A DNA stretch of 64,000 bases, taken from assembly GCA_965248435.1 (NCBI GenBank), contig OZ252100.1, positions 5,056,001 to 5,120,000 of the forward strand, read 5' to 3'. This stretch comes from Candidatus Latescibacterota bacterium (GTDB taxonomy: Bacteria > Latescibacterota > UBA2968 > GCA-2709665). Positions 1 through 9,601 of the stretch are shown one piece after another (position 1 is the stretch's first letter; every line of letters starts with the position of its first letter). Under the pieces are notes generated by a model. It had not been told where the DNA came from. It ran no database searches and was given only the letters and a program-made list of their open reading frames with translations. The translations under genes and the position numbers were made by a program.

Positions 1-65
1 GGCGTGCCTGATCAGCGCTGGAGACAATATCTGTTTCTGGATTAGGACTTCGCCAAACGCGTCGC

Positions 66-143
66 AAACACGGGTACCGGGGTTCAGGTACCGGGTACCG
101 TAGAACGATCGAATTTCCATTTCCGAAATCCGCAATTTCGTAA
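66..143 (+). repeat. Partial copy of the GGTACC-rich dispersed element plus an inverted GCGGATT-type heptamer run
   Basis: caaacacgggtaccggggttcaggtaccgggtaccg matches the core seen at 16061, 22504, 28501, 36317 and 50157; ttccgaaatccgcaatt at 121-137 is the reverse complement of the heptamer runs at 16110 and 62714. Confidence 0.7.
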
Positions 144-153
144 AGGGCTTTGA

Positions 154-915
154 ATGAATTTCCAGATCGATTCCGGTTCAAAGACCTACGGCGTCAAGCT
201 GGAGATCTTCCAGGGACCGCTGGACCTGCTTCTGTTCCTGATTCAGAAGGACGAGATCGACATCTATGACATCCCCGTTGCCGAGATTACCAAGCAGTTC
301 CTGGAGTATGTGGAGGTGATGCAGGCCCTGGATCTGGAACAGGCCGGGGACTTTGTGTTGATGGCGGCCACCCTGATGAAGATCAAGTCCAGAATGCTGC
401 TGCCCTCAGATCCGGATGATGAGGAGTCGCTCGAGGATCCGAGAGAGGAGCTCATCAGGCGCCTCCTCGAGTACAGACAGTTCAAAGAAGTGGCCAATTG
501 GATGGGCGAGGCGCAGGACTCCTGGCGCAATGCCTACTATCGAGGCTCCTCATTGATGCAGGAGGAACCGGAACCTGTCTCAGAAGAAGCGAGCTATGAG
601 GCCTATCGGTCGGTCAGTCTGTTCGACCTCCTCAAGGCCTATAAACTTGCGCTCGATACCGCGCCGACCGAGAGCACGCACGACGTCAGGGGTGTGGATG
701 TAACGACCGAGGAGCGCGCGCAGGTCGTCCTGGAGGCGCTGGCCGATGCGGGACGCGTGGCTTTTTCGGACCTGATCTCGGGTATTCCGCGAATCGTGAT
801 GATCGTAACCTTCATTGCTATCCTCGAGCTGATCAAGGCCGGAAAGATCCGGGTCCTTCAAGCAGCACAGGAAGGAGATATCTGGGTATACGGCCAGGAA
901 GGGACTCCGGTATGA
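154..915 (+). CDS. scpA: Segregation and condensation protein A
   Basis: N-terminal FQGPLDLLLFLI...IDIYDIPVAEIT and FVLMAATLMKIKSRMLLP motifs; adjacent to scpB. Confidence 0.95.
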   Translation: MNFQIDSGSKTYGVKLEIFQGPLDLLLFLIQKDEIDIYDIPVAEITKQFLEYVEVMQALDLEQAGDFVLMAATLMKIKSRMLLPSDPDDEESLEDPREELIRRLLEYRQFKEVANWMGEAQDSWRNAYYRGSSLMQEEPEPVSEEASYEAYRSVSLFDLLKAYKLALDTAPTESTHDVRGVDVTTEERAQVVLEALADAGRVAFSDLISGIPRIVMIVTFIAILELIKAGKIRVLQAAQEGDIWVYGQEGTPV

Positions 916-1616
916 CACCAGACTGTCCAGACGTGCAAGAGGGAAAGGTAGACGAACTGACGCCGGATGAAGAAGCGCAGAACAGGGCCATTCTCGAGGC
1001 CCTGTTGATCGCCTCTGATGAGGTGATTGGCGTCGGAAAGTTGACCTCTGTGATCCAGGGCGCGGGACCGCGGGAGATCAGGAAATATGTCGAGGACCTG
1101 AATGAGGACTACCTGAGGGGCGGTCGAAGCTTCAAGATCATCGATGTGGCGGGCGGCTTTCAGTTCATGGTCCACCCGGACTTCGCACCGTGGGTACGTC
1201 GCCTGTTTCGGGAAAAGGCCCCGTCCAGGTTTTCCCAGGCCTCTCTGGAAACCCTCGCGATCGTGGCTTTCAAGCAGCCGGTGACGAAGGCAGAAGTCGA
1301 ACACGTCCGCGGCGTCGCGGCGGATGGCGTGCTGCGCCTGCTTCTGGAGAAAGGGTTCCTCCGAATCGCGGGCCGTGCGGAAGGGGTTGGGCGGCCTCTG
1401 CTCTACGGGACAACTCGGGGGTTTCTAAAACATTTCGGCCTGAAGACGCTGTCCGATCTGCCCAAGCTGACAGAACTCGAAGAACTGTTGAAGGAGGCAG
1501 AACCAGAATTAGAACCAGAACCAGAACCAGAGGCAGAGGCAGTCGAGGCCCCCGTATCGTTGGAAGATGCCGGGGTGGGCGAGGTGCCGGATCGGCCGGA
1601 GGAAGTATCGATATGA
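912..1616 (+). CDS. scpB: Segregation and condensation protein B
   Basis: LETLAIVAFKQPVTKAEVEHVRGV and GRPLLYGTTxxFLxHFGLxxLSDLP motifs; acidic EP-repeat tail. Confidence 0.95.
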   Translation: MTPDCPDVQEGKVDELTPDEEAQNRAILEALLIASDEVIGVGKLTSVIQGAGPREIRKYVEDLNEDYLRGGRSFKIIDVAGGFQFMVHPDFAPWVRRLFREKAPSRFSQASLETLAIVAFKQPVTKAEVEHVRGVAADGVLRLLLEKGFLRIAGRAEGVGRPLLYGTTRGFLKHFGLKTLSDLPKLTELEELLKEAEPELEPEPEPEAEAVEAPVSLEDAGVGEVPDRPEEVSI

Positions 1617-1642
1617 AACGGCCTCAGGCCTGAATCGACCGG

Positions 1643-3112
1643 ATGGAGCGCTTGAACCGATTCTTGGCTCGGTCTGGAATCGCGTCTCGTCGCGCCAGCG
1701 ACCGGTTGATCCTGGCGGGCAGGGTCCAGGTGAACGGGCTACCGGTTGTTCTCCCGGGAACCCGGATCGATCCTTCCAGGGATCGGGTCGTCTTTGAGGG
1801 CAGGCAGGTCGAGCCTCCTGATGCCTTCACCACCATCGTCCTCAACAAGCCCGCCGGATACCTCGTTTCATCCCAAGATCCGCATCATACCAGAACGGTT
1901 TTTGATCTGCTGCAAGGCCTCCCGAGGCTGTTTTCCGTGGGAAGGTTGGACCTGGATACGGAGGGTGTTCTGCTGCTGACCGATGATGGGGAGCTGGGTC
2001 ATCGGTTGTCCCATCCCCGATACGGCGTCACGAAAACCTATCGTGTCACGGTAGAGGACCTCCCTTCAGACGGTGCGCTCACGAGACTTCGCGAAGGCGT
2101 GACGCTCGAAGATGGAGTCACGGCTCCCTCTGAGGTTCAGATGATCGAGCCGGAGGGAGGAAGGGCCGTTCTGACGATGACGTTGAAAGAGGGCCGGAAC
2201 CGGCAGGTGAAGCGGATGTGCAGGGCGGTCGGCCACCCGGTCCAGAGATTAGAGCGCATTTCCTTCGGCGGAATCACATCGGATGGGCTGAAGGTTGGGG
2301 ATTGGCGGCATCTTTCGGCATCTGAGGTCGACCTGCTTAAAGAACGGGTGGGGCTGCACCCCGGCGCAGCCGGAGGACAACCGGTGAGGAAGCGGGGAAT
2401 CGTCATTGCGATCGATGGGCCCGCCGGGTCGGGAAAGAGCACAACGGCTCGGGAGGTTGCCCGTCGTCTAGACTATTTGTATCTCGACACCGGTGCGATG
2501 TATCGTGCGCTCGGTCTTGCGTTGATTCGTTCGGGCACCAGCCCTGACGACCCTGAGGCCAGTGTCCGAATAGCCCGGGAGGTCCGGATCGAATTTCGGC
2601 ACGACCTCGAGGGTCAGCTCACGTTACTGGACGGGGATGACGTGACGGAAGCGATTCGGGCCCCGGAGGTCTCGGACGCGGCGTCCCGAGTGGCCGTACA
2701 TCCCTCCGTTCGAGAACACCTCGTTGCCCGGCAGCAGGAAATCGGCGGCGACGGGGGGATCGTTCTGGAGGGCAGGGACACAGGCACCGTGGTCTTCTCC
2801 GACGCAGAGCTCAAGGTCTTTTTGGTCGCGGACGAGGTCGTGAGGGCGGAGCGGCGTGCGGAGGAATTGGCCGCTCGGGGTGAGGCAAAGGACCTTTCCG
2901 CCCTGATCGAGCAGAATCGCCTCCGGGATGCGCGGGATGAGGCGACGCAGAGCCGGTCGGGGAAATGGCCGGCGCCTGATGCGCTAAGGGTGGATACATC
3001 GGATCTTTCGATCGAAGCGCAGGTGGATCGGGTGGTCAGCCTGGCCGTCGATCGGGGGGCGCAGCTGCCCGAAAACAGGAATGAGTCAATCGAGGATTCA
3101 AAGGAGTTATGA
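1643..3112 (+). CDS. cmk: Fused pseudouridine synthase (RluB/RsuA family) and cytidylate kinase (Cmk)
   Basis: N-terminal half has an S4 domain (ERLNRFLARSGIASRR), LNKP, GRLDLDTEG and EGRNRQV; C-terminal half has IAIDGPAGSGKST, YLDTGAMYR and EGRDTGTVVF; one uninterrupted frame. Confidence 0.9.
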   Translation: MERLNRFLARSGIASRRASDRLILAGRVQVNGLPVVLPGTRIDPSRDRVVFEGRQVEPPDAFTTIVLNKPAGYLVSSQDPHHTRTVFDLLQGLPRLFSVGRLDLDTEGVLLLTDDGELGHRLSHPRYGVTKTYRVTVEDLPSDGALTRLREGVTLEDGVTAPSEVQMIEPEGGRAVLTMTLKEGRNRQVKRMCRAVGHPVQRLERISFGGITSDGLKVGDWRHLSASEVDLLKERVGLHPGAAGGQPVRKRGIVIAIDGPAGSGKSTTAREVARRLDYLYLDTGAMYRALGLALIRSGTSPDDPEASVRIAREVRIEFRHDLEGQLTLLDGDDVTEAIRAPEVSDAASRVAVHPSVREHLVARQQEIGGDGGIVLEGRDTGTVVFSDAELKVFLVADEVVRAERRAEELAARGEAKDLSALIEQNRLRDARDEATQSRSGKWPAPDALRVDTSDLSIEAQVDRVVSLAVDRGAQLPENRNESIEDSKEL

Positions 3113-3717
3113 GCTTTTATCGAGGCTGTTGGTGGATCGCCTACGGCCTCTTCCGCCTTTTATTCCGCCTTCGTGTCCAGGGGGTTGAGCACATTCCAGC
3201 CGAAGGCGGATTGATCGTCGCGAGCAACCATTGCTCCTACGTAGACCCTCTGCTGATCGGGGTTGCGACGTTTCGGGAACTTTCGTATGTTACGAAGCGT
3301 GAAGTTTTCGGGGTGCCCCTTGTGGGATGGCTCCTTCGGAATCTGAACGCGATTCCGATCGACCGTTCACGGGGTGATCGGTCCGCGCTGATCGCGGCCG
3401 AAGACCGGCTGAAGGCGGGAGGGGGACTGTTTCTCTTCCCGGAGGGGACCCGGAACAAGACCGGTCGCTTCCTCGATCCCAAGCCGGGTATCGGCAGAAT
3501 GGCAAGCCGCGCATCCGTGCCGATCGTGCCCGCCTATGTTTCCGGGACTGTGAATGTTTGGACGAGTCTGATCGGGCTCAGTGAAGTCTTCGTGCGGTTC
3601 GGTGAACCGATTCGGCACCGGTTCTGTGAGGACGAAAAGAACCGGAGGGAGACCTATCGGACCATCAGCCGTGAAGTGATGTGCAGGATCGTAGCCCTGA
3701 AAGCGCTTCGGCGGTAA
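3109..3717 (+). CDS. plsC: 1-acyl-sn-glycerol-3-phosphate acyltransferase
   Basis: NHCSYVD (NHxxxxD) and FPEGTR motifs; cmk-plsC-rpsA context. Confidence 0.9.
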   Translation: MSFYRGCWWIAYGLFRLLFRLRVQGVEHIPAEGGLIVASNHCSYVDPLLIGVATFRELSYVTKREVFGVPLVGWLLRNLNAIPIDRSRGDRSALIAAEDRLKAGGGLFLFPEGTRNKTGRFLDPKPGIGRMASRASVPIVPAYVSGTVNVWTSLIGLSEVFVRFGEPIRHRFCEDEKNRRETYRTISREVMCRIVALKALRR

Positions 3718-3798
3718 GGTTGGAAGTCGAGCGTTTCAGGACTGTAGGTGTTTCGCTGTTGGCCAACCGTGGTTTCGCAAGACGGAGGAAGCGTCTGT

Positions 3799-6138
3799 AT
3801 GTCTGATACACAAGAAAGGGAGAGCCTGGAACTGGAGCCGGAAGGGGATCAAGCCCCTGAGGCGGTTCGTACGCGCTCCGAAGATGCCCTAAAGGCACTT
3901 GACGAAAGCGAGTACTCAGACGAAGAGTTCGAAGAGATGATGGGTCTCTACGAAGACACGCTGCAAAACATCAAGGAAGGCGAAATCGTCAACGGAACCG
4001 TCCTCGCCATCGACGAAAACGGTGTTGTCGTGGATATCGGATTCAAGTCAGAGGGTTCGATTCCCGTGTCTGAGTTCACCGACCCTTCGGAAATCGAGGT
4101 CGGCCAGGAGATCGAGGTCTACCTGGAGACCGTCGAAGATAACGAAGGCCAGATCGTCCTGTCCAAGCAGAAGGCCGATTTCATGCGGGTCTGGGATCGG
4201 ATCAAGGAGGCCTACGATAACGATCAGATCATAGAGGGGCGTCTGGTGCGCCGAATCAAGGGCGGGATCGTCGTCGACTTGTTCGGCGTGGACGCTTTTC
4301 TTCCCGGCTCCCAGATCGATATCAAACAGGTCAAAAACTTCGACCAGTTCATCAACGAGGTTTTTCCGTTCCGCATCATCAAACTGAACAAGGCCAGGCG
4401 GAACATCGTCGTATCCCGACGCGTGGTTCTTGAAGAGGAGCGGGCACGGCTCCGCAAGCAAATTCTCGAAACGCTGGAGGTCGGGCAGATTCGAGAGGGA
4501 GTCGTCAAGAATATCACTGACTTTGGAGCGTTCATCGACCTGGGCGGCCTGGACGGCTTGCTCCACATCACGGATATCTCCTGGGGACGCGTCGGGCATC
4601 CTTCCGAGGCCCTGGGCATCGGAGACCAGTTGCAGGTGAAGGTCCTGAATTACGACGAGGAGAGAGAGCGCATCTCCCTGGGGATGAAGCAGCTCACACC
4701 GCATCCCTGGGAAGAAATCGACGAAAAGTACGTGGTAGACACACGCGTCATGGGCCGGGTCGTCAGCATCACGGACTACGGCGCCTTTGTGGAACTGGAA
4801 CGCGGGGTTGAGGGGCTTGTTCATATATCTGAAATGTCCTGGACCCAGCATATCCGGCATCCTTCAAAAATCCTGACGATCGACGATGAGGTCGAGGTCC
4901 TTATCCTCAACGTGGACAAGGAAGGCCAGAAGATCTCACTCGGTTTGAAGCAGGTGACGCCCGATCCCTGGCTGACGCTGGATGAAAAATACCCGCCCGG
5001 GAAGAGGATGAACGGCAGGGTGCGAAATCTAGTGAATTTCGGCGCATTCGTGGAGATCGAGGAGGGCATCGACGGTCTCGTTCACATTTCAGACATGTCG
5101 TGGACGAAGCGTATCCGGCACCCCAGCGAGATCGTCCAGAAGGCCGATGAAGTAGAGGTTGTCGTCCTCAGCGTCGACAAGAGTCGCAGACGCATATCCC
5201 TCGGCCTTAAACAGACCCTCGAGAATCCGTGGGCGGAACTCGCGGTTCGCTACGCCGTGGGCCAACAGACGCACGGCAAAATCACGAGGCTTCTCGAGCG
5301 CGGCGTCGTCGTCGATCTGGAAGGGGATGTGGAGGGATTCGTACCCGTGTCACAGGTCGGCATTCCCGACCTGAAGCATCCCCAGAGTCATTTCTCCGAA
5401 GGGGACGACCTGCCGATGAAGGTCGTGGAATTCGACGAAGAGCAGAGGAAGATCGTCCTGAGTGTTCGGGAGTATCTACGCGATGCCGAGCAGGCAGAAG
5501 TGAATGAATACATCGAAAGTCACAAGGCGCGCCCGGTGACCGTCCAGGAGTTCGTGGCCGAGGATGCGGAAGGCGATGCCTGGGGGGGTGTGGGAACATC
5601 CGCGCCCGATGCTGGGACCGGGGGTGACGTCGCTGAGGAAGGAACCACTGAGGTCGAAGTCGCGGTCGGTGATGAGGCAGATCAGGAAAGCGACGTCGTC
5701 TCCGCCGAACCGTCTGCCGAGGACGCAGGAGACACCGAGGGTCCGCAGGCCGCCGATGAATCCGCATCAGACGTGTTCGCTGAGGAAGGAAGCGCCGGGG
5801 TCGACGTCGCGGTCGGTGATGAGGCAGATCAGGCGAGCGATGCAGTCTCTGATGAAACGTCCGCCGGTCCCGAGGCTTTGGCACCCGCCGTGTCCGATGA
5901 AGTGGCGGTCGGCGATGAGGCCGATCAGGCGAGCGATGCAGTCTCTGATGAAACGTCCGCAGGTCCCGAGGCTTTGGCGCCCACCGTGTCCGATGAAGTG
6001 GCGGTCGGCGGAACAGAGGAAGTGGCGGAGTCGTCTGAAACTTCTGAACCTGACGCCGCGGAAGAGGAATTCAAATCGGATGATGAGGGGGAAGAGAACG
6101 GACCCGCGGCCGAGAGGGAGGATGAACCTCAGGCGTGA
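3799..6138 (+). CDS. rpsA: 30S ribosomal protein S1 with a long acidic, repeat-containing C-terminal extension
   Basis: Six S1 domains (DIGFKSEG, AFLPGSQ, FGAFIDLGGLDGLLHITD, GLVHISEMSW and others); ATG at 3799 follows GGAGG. Confidence 0.95.
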   Translation: MSDTQERESLELEPEGDQAPEAVRTRSEDALKALDESEYSDEEFEEMMGLYEDTLQNIKEGEIVNGTVLAIDENGVVVDIGFKSEGSIPVSEFTDPSEIEVGQEIEVYLETVEDNEGQIVLSKQKADFMRVWDRIKEAYDNDQIIEGRLVRRIKGGIVVDLFGVDAFLPGSQIDIKQVKNFDQFINEVFPFRIIKLNKARRNIVVSRRVVLEEERARLRKQILETLEVGQIREGVVKNITDFGAFIDLGGLDGLLHITDISWGRVGHPSEALGIGDQLQVKVLNYDEERERISLGMKQLTPHPWEEIDEKYVVDTRVMGRVVSITDYGAFVELERGVEGLVHISEMSWTQHIRHPSKILTIDDEVEVLILNVDKEGQKISLGLKQVTPDPWLTLDEKYPPGKRMNGRVRNLVNFGAFVEIEEGIDGLVHISDMSWTKRIRHPSEIVQKADEVEVVVLSVDKSRRRISLGLKQTLENPWAELAVRYAVGQQTHGKITRLLERGVVVDLEGDVEGFVPVSQVGIPDLKHPQSHFSEGDDLPMKVVEFDEEQRKIVLSVREYLRDAEQAEVNEYIESHKARPVTVQEFVAEDAEGDAWGGVGTSAPDAGTGGDVAEEGTTEVEVAVGDEADQESDVVSAEPSAEDAGDTEGPQAADESASDVFAEEGSAGVDVAVGDEADQASDAVSDETSAGPEALAPAVSDEVAVGDEADQASDAVSDETSAGPEALAPTVSDEVAVGGTEEVAESSETSEPDAAEEEFKSDDEGEENGPAAEREDEPQA
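5806..6009 (+). repeat. 96-bp (32-aa) in-frame tandem repeat in the rpsA tail
   Basis: VAVGDEADQASDAVSDETSAGPEALAP(A/T)VSDE units start at 5806 and 5902, with a partial copy at 5998 and a diverged copy at 5659. Confidence 0.9.
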
Positions 6139-6210
6139 TGTGTCCGGGGGAGTGTGTGTCCTGTTTCTTCAAAGAGTTGAGGAAAACTTCCTCAGCTCTT
6201 TGTCGTATCT

Positions 6211-7524
6211 ATGCTGAAAGATTATATGCACAACAAGCGGGTTTCATTCTACACGTTGGGGTGTAAGCTCAACGCATACGATACGGAATGGTACCGACAG
6301 CAGTTCGAGGGGTCGGGCTATCGCGTCGTCGCGTTCGGTGAGCCGGCTGACGTCACGGTCGTGAATACGTGCACAGTTACAGGCGCGGCTGACGCGCAAG
6401 CGCGCCAGGCGCTTCGCAGGGCGCACCGGAACTCTCCCGAGGGGACGGTCGTTGCCGTGGGGTGCTACGCGCAGACCGATCCAGACACGCTCGCCGACAT
6501 GCCTGAAGTCGACCTGGTCGTGGGGACGAGGGAGAAGACACAGTTGCTCGACCTGATCAACGACACCTGTTCGATCGGCCGAAGTTTCGTCACGCGCAGC
6601 AGGGCCTCCGAGTTTCAGGATATGGACATCTCCAACTTCGGGACTCGGGCGCGCGCCTTCGTCAAGATCCAGGAGGGGTGCAACGAGTTCTGCAGCTTCT
6701 GCATCATTCCTTTCGCGCGAGGACGCAGCAGGAGCCGCACCCTGGAAAGCACGGTCAATCAGGTGCAGCGTCTCGCGGCCGAAGGCTACCAGGAGGTGGT
6801 CCTCACCGGCGTGCATATCGGAGACTATGCCGATGGGGAGGGCGGGGGGCTTCTGGAGGTCCTGGAGGCGCTTGAAGGCCTGGATGGCCTCCGGCGATTC
6901 CGGGTCAGCTCGATCGAAGCGTCCTACGTCACGGATGCGATGATCGATTTTTTCGCGGCATCAGAGAAGTTCTGCCGTCACCTGCACGTCCCGCTCCAGA
7001 GCGGGGATGATCGAATCTTGAAGGCGATGCGGAGGCCCTATTGCCGTGCCGAATATCTGGACCTGGTCGGCCGCCTGCAGGACCGCATTCCGGGCATCGG
7101 CATCGGTGGCGACGTGATGGTCGGGTTCCCCGGAGAGACGGAGGCGGCGTTCCAGAACACTTATGACTTGATCTCGCAAAGCCCGATGGTCTACCTGCAC
7201 GTCTTCCCCTATTCACCGAGGGGGAACACGCCTGCCGCGAGGATGGCCGATCAGGTCGACCCAAAGGTGAAGAAGGAACGCGCTGGAGCCCTTCGCGAGC
7301 TCGGCGAGCAGAAGGCGCTTGCCTTTCGGTCTCAATTTGTAGGAGAGCAACTGGAAGTCCTGTTCGAAAACCGGAGGGAGCCCGCCACGGGATTCCTTCA
7401 GGGGGTGTCCGACAACTACATTCGATGTTTTGCCCCCGGACCCGATTCCGCGATAGATCAGATCCGTCAGGTCCGTCTGAATCAGGAGGAAGACGGCCGG
7501 ATGGTGGGTGAGATCGTCGACTAG
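6211..7524 (+). CDS. mtaB: tRNA t6A37 methylthiotransferase (radical SAM)
   Basis: TLGCKLN, NTCTVT, GCYAQ, CNEFCSFC radical-SAM motif, LTGVHIG and HVFPYSPRGNTPAA. Confidence 0.9.
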   Translation: MLKDYMHNKRVSFYTLGCKLNAYDTEWYRQQFEGSGYRVVAFGEPADVTVVNTCTVTGAADAQARQALRRAHRNSPEGTVVAVGCYAQTDPDTLADMPEVDLVVGTREKTQLLDLINDTCSIGRSFVTRSRASEFQDMDISNFGTRARAFVKIQEGCNEFCSFCIIPFARGRSRSRTLESTVNQVQRLAAEGYQEVVLTGVHIGDYADGEGGGLLEVLEALEGLDGLRRFRVSSIEASYVTDAMIDFFAASEKFCRHLHVPLQSGDDRILKAMRRPYCRAEYLDLVGRLQDRIPGIGIGGDVMVGFPGETEAAFQNTYDLISQSPMVYLHVFPYSPRGNTPAARMADQVDPKVKKERAGALRELGEQKALAFRSQFVGEQLEVLFENRREPATGFLQGVSDNYIRCFAPGPDSAIDQIRQVRLNQEEDGRMVGEIVD

Positions 7525-7534
7525 GACGAGGCCT

Positions 7535-8497
7535 TTGTCCGCACTTCTTATCACTGGCGGGGCCGGATTTATCGGTTCGCACCTGACGGAAAGGCTGCTG
7601 AGCCGGGGGGACCGGGTCGTCGTCGTAGACGATTTCAACGACCATTACCTGCCCGCGCTCAAGCGTCACAATCTTTCCGACGTTCTGGACGATCCCAACT
7701 TCACGCTCGTTGAGTGCGATATCCGCGACGCCGGCGCGATCACCCAGGTGCTGAACGGACACGACGTCTCGCGCGTCGTCCACCTGGCTGCCTACGCGGG
7801 GGTCCGCGCGTCGATCGAGCAGCCCCTGCTCTACGAAGAAGTGAACGTGCGCGGCACGCTCAACGTCCTCGAGGCGTGCCGCGAGGCCGATATCGAGAAC
7901 CTTCTGGTGGCCTCCTCTTCTTCGGTCTACGGCGCGAGTTCGCGGCTTCCTTATCGCGAGGACGACCCAGCGGACCGCCCGATCTCCCCGTATGCGGCGA
8001 CCAAGCGGAGCGCCGAGCTGCTCTGCCATACCTACCACCACCTCTACGACATCCCGATCACCTGCGTCCGTTTTTTTACAGTCTACGGTCCGAGACAGCG
8101 TCCGGACATGGCCTTCCACACCTTCGCGCGGAACATCACCGAGGGGAACCCTATCAAGGCGTTCGGGGACGGGAGCACACGAAGGGACTACACCTTTGTT
8201 TCGGATATCGTGGATGGGCTTACAGCTGCGGTGGATCGCCCACAGCCGTTCGAAACAGTCAACTTCGGGAATACGAAGACGGTGGAGCTGCGCCGCGTTC
8301 TGGAGATCTTTCAGGAGCTGTTCGAAGGGGTGCAGATCGAGTACGCCTCCGAGCAGCCCGGTGACGTGAAGGTGACACACTCCGACGTCTCAAAGGCAAG
8401 AAAGCTTTTCGGATATGAGCCGAAGGTGGACGTGGAGGAGGGGATTGCCCGATTTCACGAGTGGTTTATGCGGCTCAAAGAAGAGGGGATTCTTTAG
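7535..8497 (+). CDS. NAD-dependent nucleotide-sugar epimerase (UDP-glucuronate 4-epimerase-like)
   Basis: GGAGFIG, HLAAxAGVR, SSSSVYG, YAATK and RFFTVYGPRQRPDMA; likely TTG start at 7535. Confidence 0.88.
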   Translation: MSALLITGGAGFIGSHLTERLLSRGDRVVVVDDFNDHYLPALKRHNLSDVLDDPNFTLVECDIRDAGAITQVLNGHDVSRVVHLAAYAGVRASIEQPLLYEEVNVRGTLNVLEACREADIENLLVASSSSVYGASSRLPYREDDPADRPISPYAATKRSAELLCHTYHHLYDIPITCVRFFTVYGPRQRPDMAFHTFARNITEGNPIKAFGDGSTRRDYTFVSDIVDGLTAAVDRPQPFETVNFGNTKTVELRRVLEIFQELFEGVQIEYASEQPGDVKVTHSDVSKARKLFGYEPKVDVEEGIARFHEWFMRLKEEGIL

Positions 8498-8527
8498 AGA
8501 CTGGTCGAATTTTAAGGAGGGAAAGTG

Positions 8528-8562
8528 AAAGGCAGGAGGTTGTTCAACCTCCTGCCTTTTCT
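8528..8562 (+). terminator. Rho-independent (probably bidirectional) terminator
   Basis: aaaggcaggaggttg-ttc-aacctcctgcctttt near-perfect hairpin between convergent units. Confidence 0.85.
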
Positions 8563-8565
8563 TCA

Positions 8566-8800
8566 TTATTCCGAACTCAAAAGCGTTGAACGCCACTTCA
8601 GGTAATCATCCATGGCGAACTCCACAAATAATCCCGGGGTGGTAAGCAGATTGTCAACCAGCTCGTTCTGCACAGGCTGATCCTTCGCCAGGTGGTGTTG
8701 GTAATAGCCCGACGTTTTCAGGAAACAGCGACCGTTTCGTGTCCTCAAGTTGTGTGGTCACGTCGAAACTGATCATGGTCCAAGTCCAGTGGCTAGACAT
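8566..8800 (-). pseudogene. Frameshifted C-terminal gene remnant of a hypothetical protein
   Basis: Minus strand reads MISFDVTTQLEDTKRSLF in one frame and LKTSGYYQHHL...PGLFVEFAMDDY in the next; one extra base near 8723 separates them. Confidence 0.4.
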
Positions 8801-8972
8801 ATTAGCCGAAGACCACCAGAGAAGGGCATTCTAACTATCCTCCCCACCTATGGAATCGATTCGCTTCACCACGAACACGAAACGAACCTTAAATGCCAGC
8901 AGTGCAGACGCAGAATTTGTCAGTCCTGTCTGCTCACTCAGATGCTTCATCAGGGCCCTCCAAAAGACCGAT

Positions 8973-9521
8973 CTAGAACCTCAATGACGCGGTCAGCGCC
9001 AGAGCACCATCCTGACGGGGCAAGACGCCCACTCGTATACGCTCCAAAGGTACGGATTCCCAAATATCGCTTTCCATGCTTGCACCAATTGCAGTGCCGA
9101 ATACCAGGCCAATGCCGCCCAATACACCCCCCAAAATCAGGGCCTTATCTTGGGCAGTGAAGAGGCCCGATTCATCATCATCACCACCGGCAAACCCTAT
9201 GATTGCGCCAACAGCCCCACCTGAAACGAGCCCGAAAAGGGCACCGTTTGCTAGATTCCCCTTCGATCCGGTGCGCACGTCGAGTCTTTCAAGCGAAGCA
9301 ATGGGAATGGCCAAGAGAGCAGCGTCCTTCTTCGCCCTGAACTGGATCGTATCGCGGCTTACTGTTACAGCCGTTCCCACAAGCCGGTGCTTAGATACGG
9401 AACGCGCCATGATTCGCACACGTGCGCCGGGAGTAACAGGCAAAGACTCCTGTGCCAAAGAGGGCACCCAAAGGATGTGGATCAAAAAGGCACCCATCAG
9501 AACAGCATTCAGATGTTTCAT
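8973..9521 (-). CDS. Exported hypothetical protein with a glycine-zipper hairpin and C-terminal Phe
   Basis: ATG at 9521 after GGAGG; signal peptide; GALFGLVSGGAVGAIIG and GGVLGGIGLVFGTAIG; ends ALALTASLRF. Confidence 0.7.
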   Translation of the reverse strand: MKHLNAVLMGAFLIHILWVPSLAQESLPVTPGARVRIMARSVSKHRLVGTAVTVSRDTIQFRAKKDAALLAIPIASLERLDVRTGSKGNLANGALFGLVSGGAVGAIIGFAGGDDDESGLFTAQDKALILGGVLGGIGLVFGTAIGASMESDIWESVPLERIRVGVLPRQDGALALTASLRF

Positions 9522-9601
9522 CACGAACCCTCCACCTATGAGTTGGCCGCTACTAGAATTGCGCTTATCCATTTCACGGTTGACCCTCCGGATGATTGCG
9601 G

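Noticed and set aside
1500-1541. GAACCA hexamer run in scpB as a phase-variation tract
   Set aside because: In-frame EP repeat in a disordered tail; length change would not shift the frame
6929-8380. 483-aa antisense ORF
   Set aside because: Shadow frame of mtaB and the epimerase in GC-rich DNA; the same applies to many other long antisense ORFs (e.g. 47399-48496, 60194-61270, 24317-25372)
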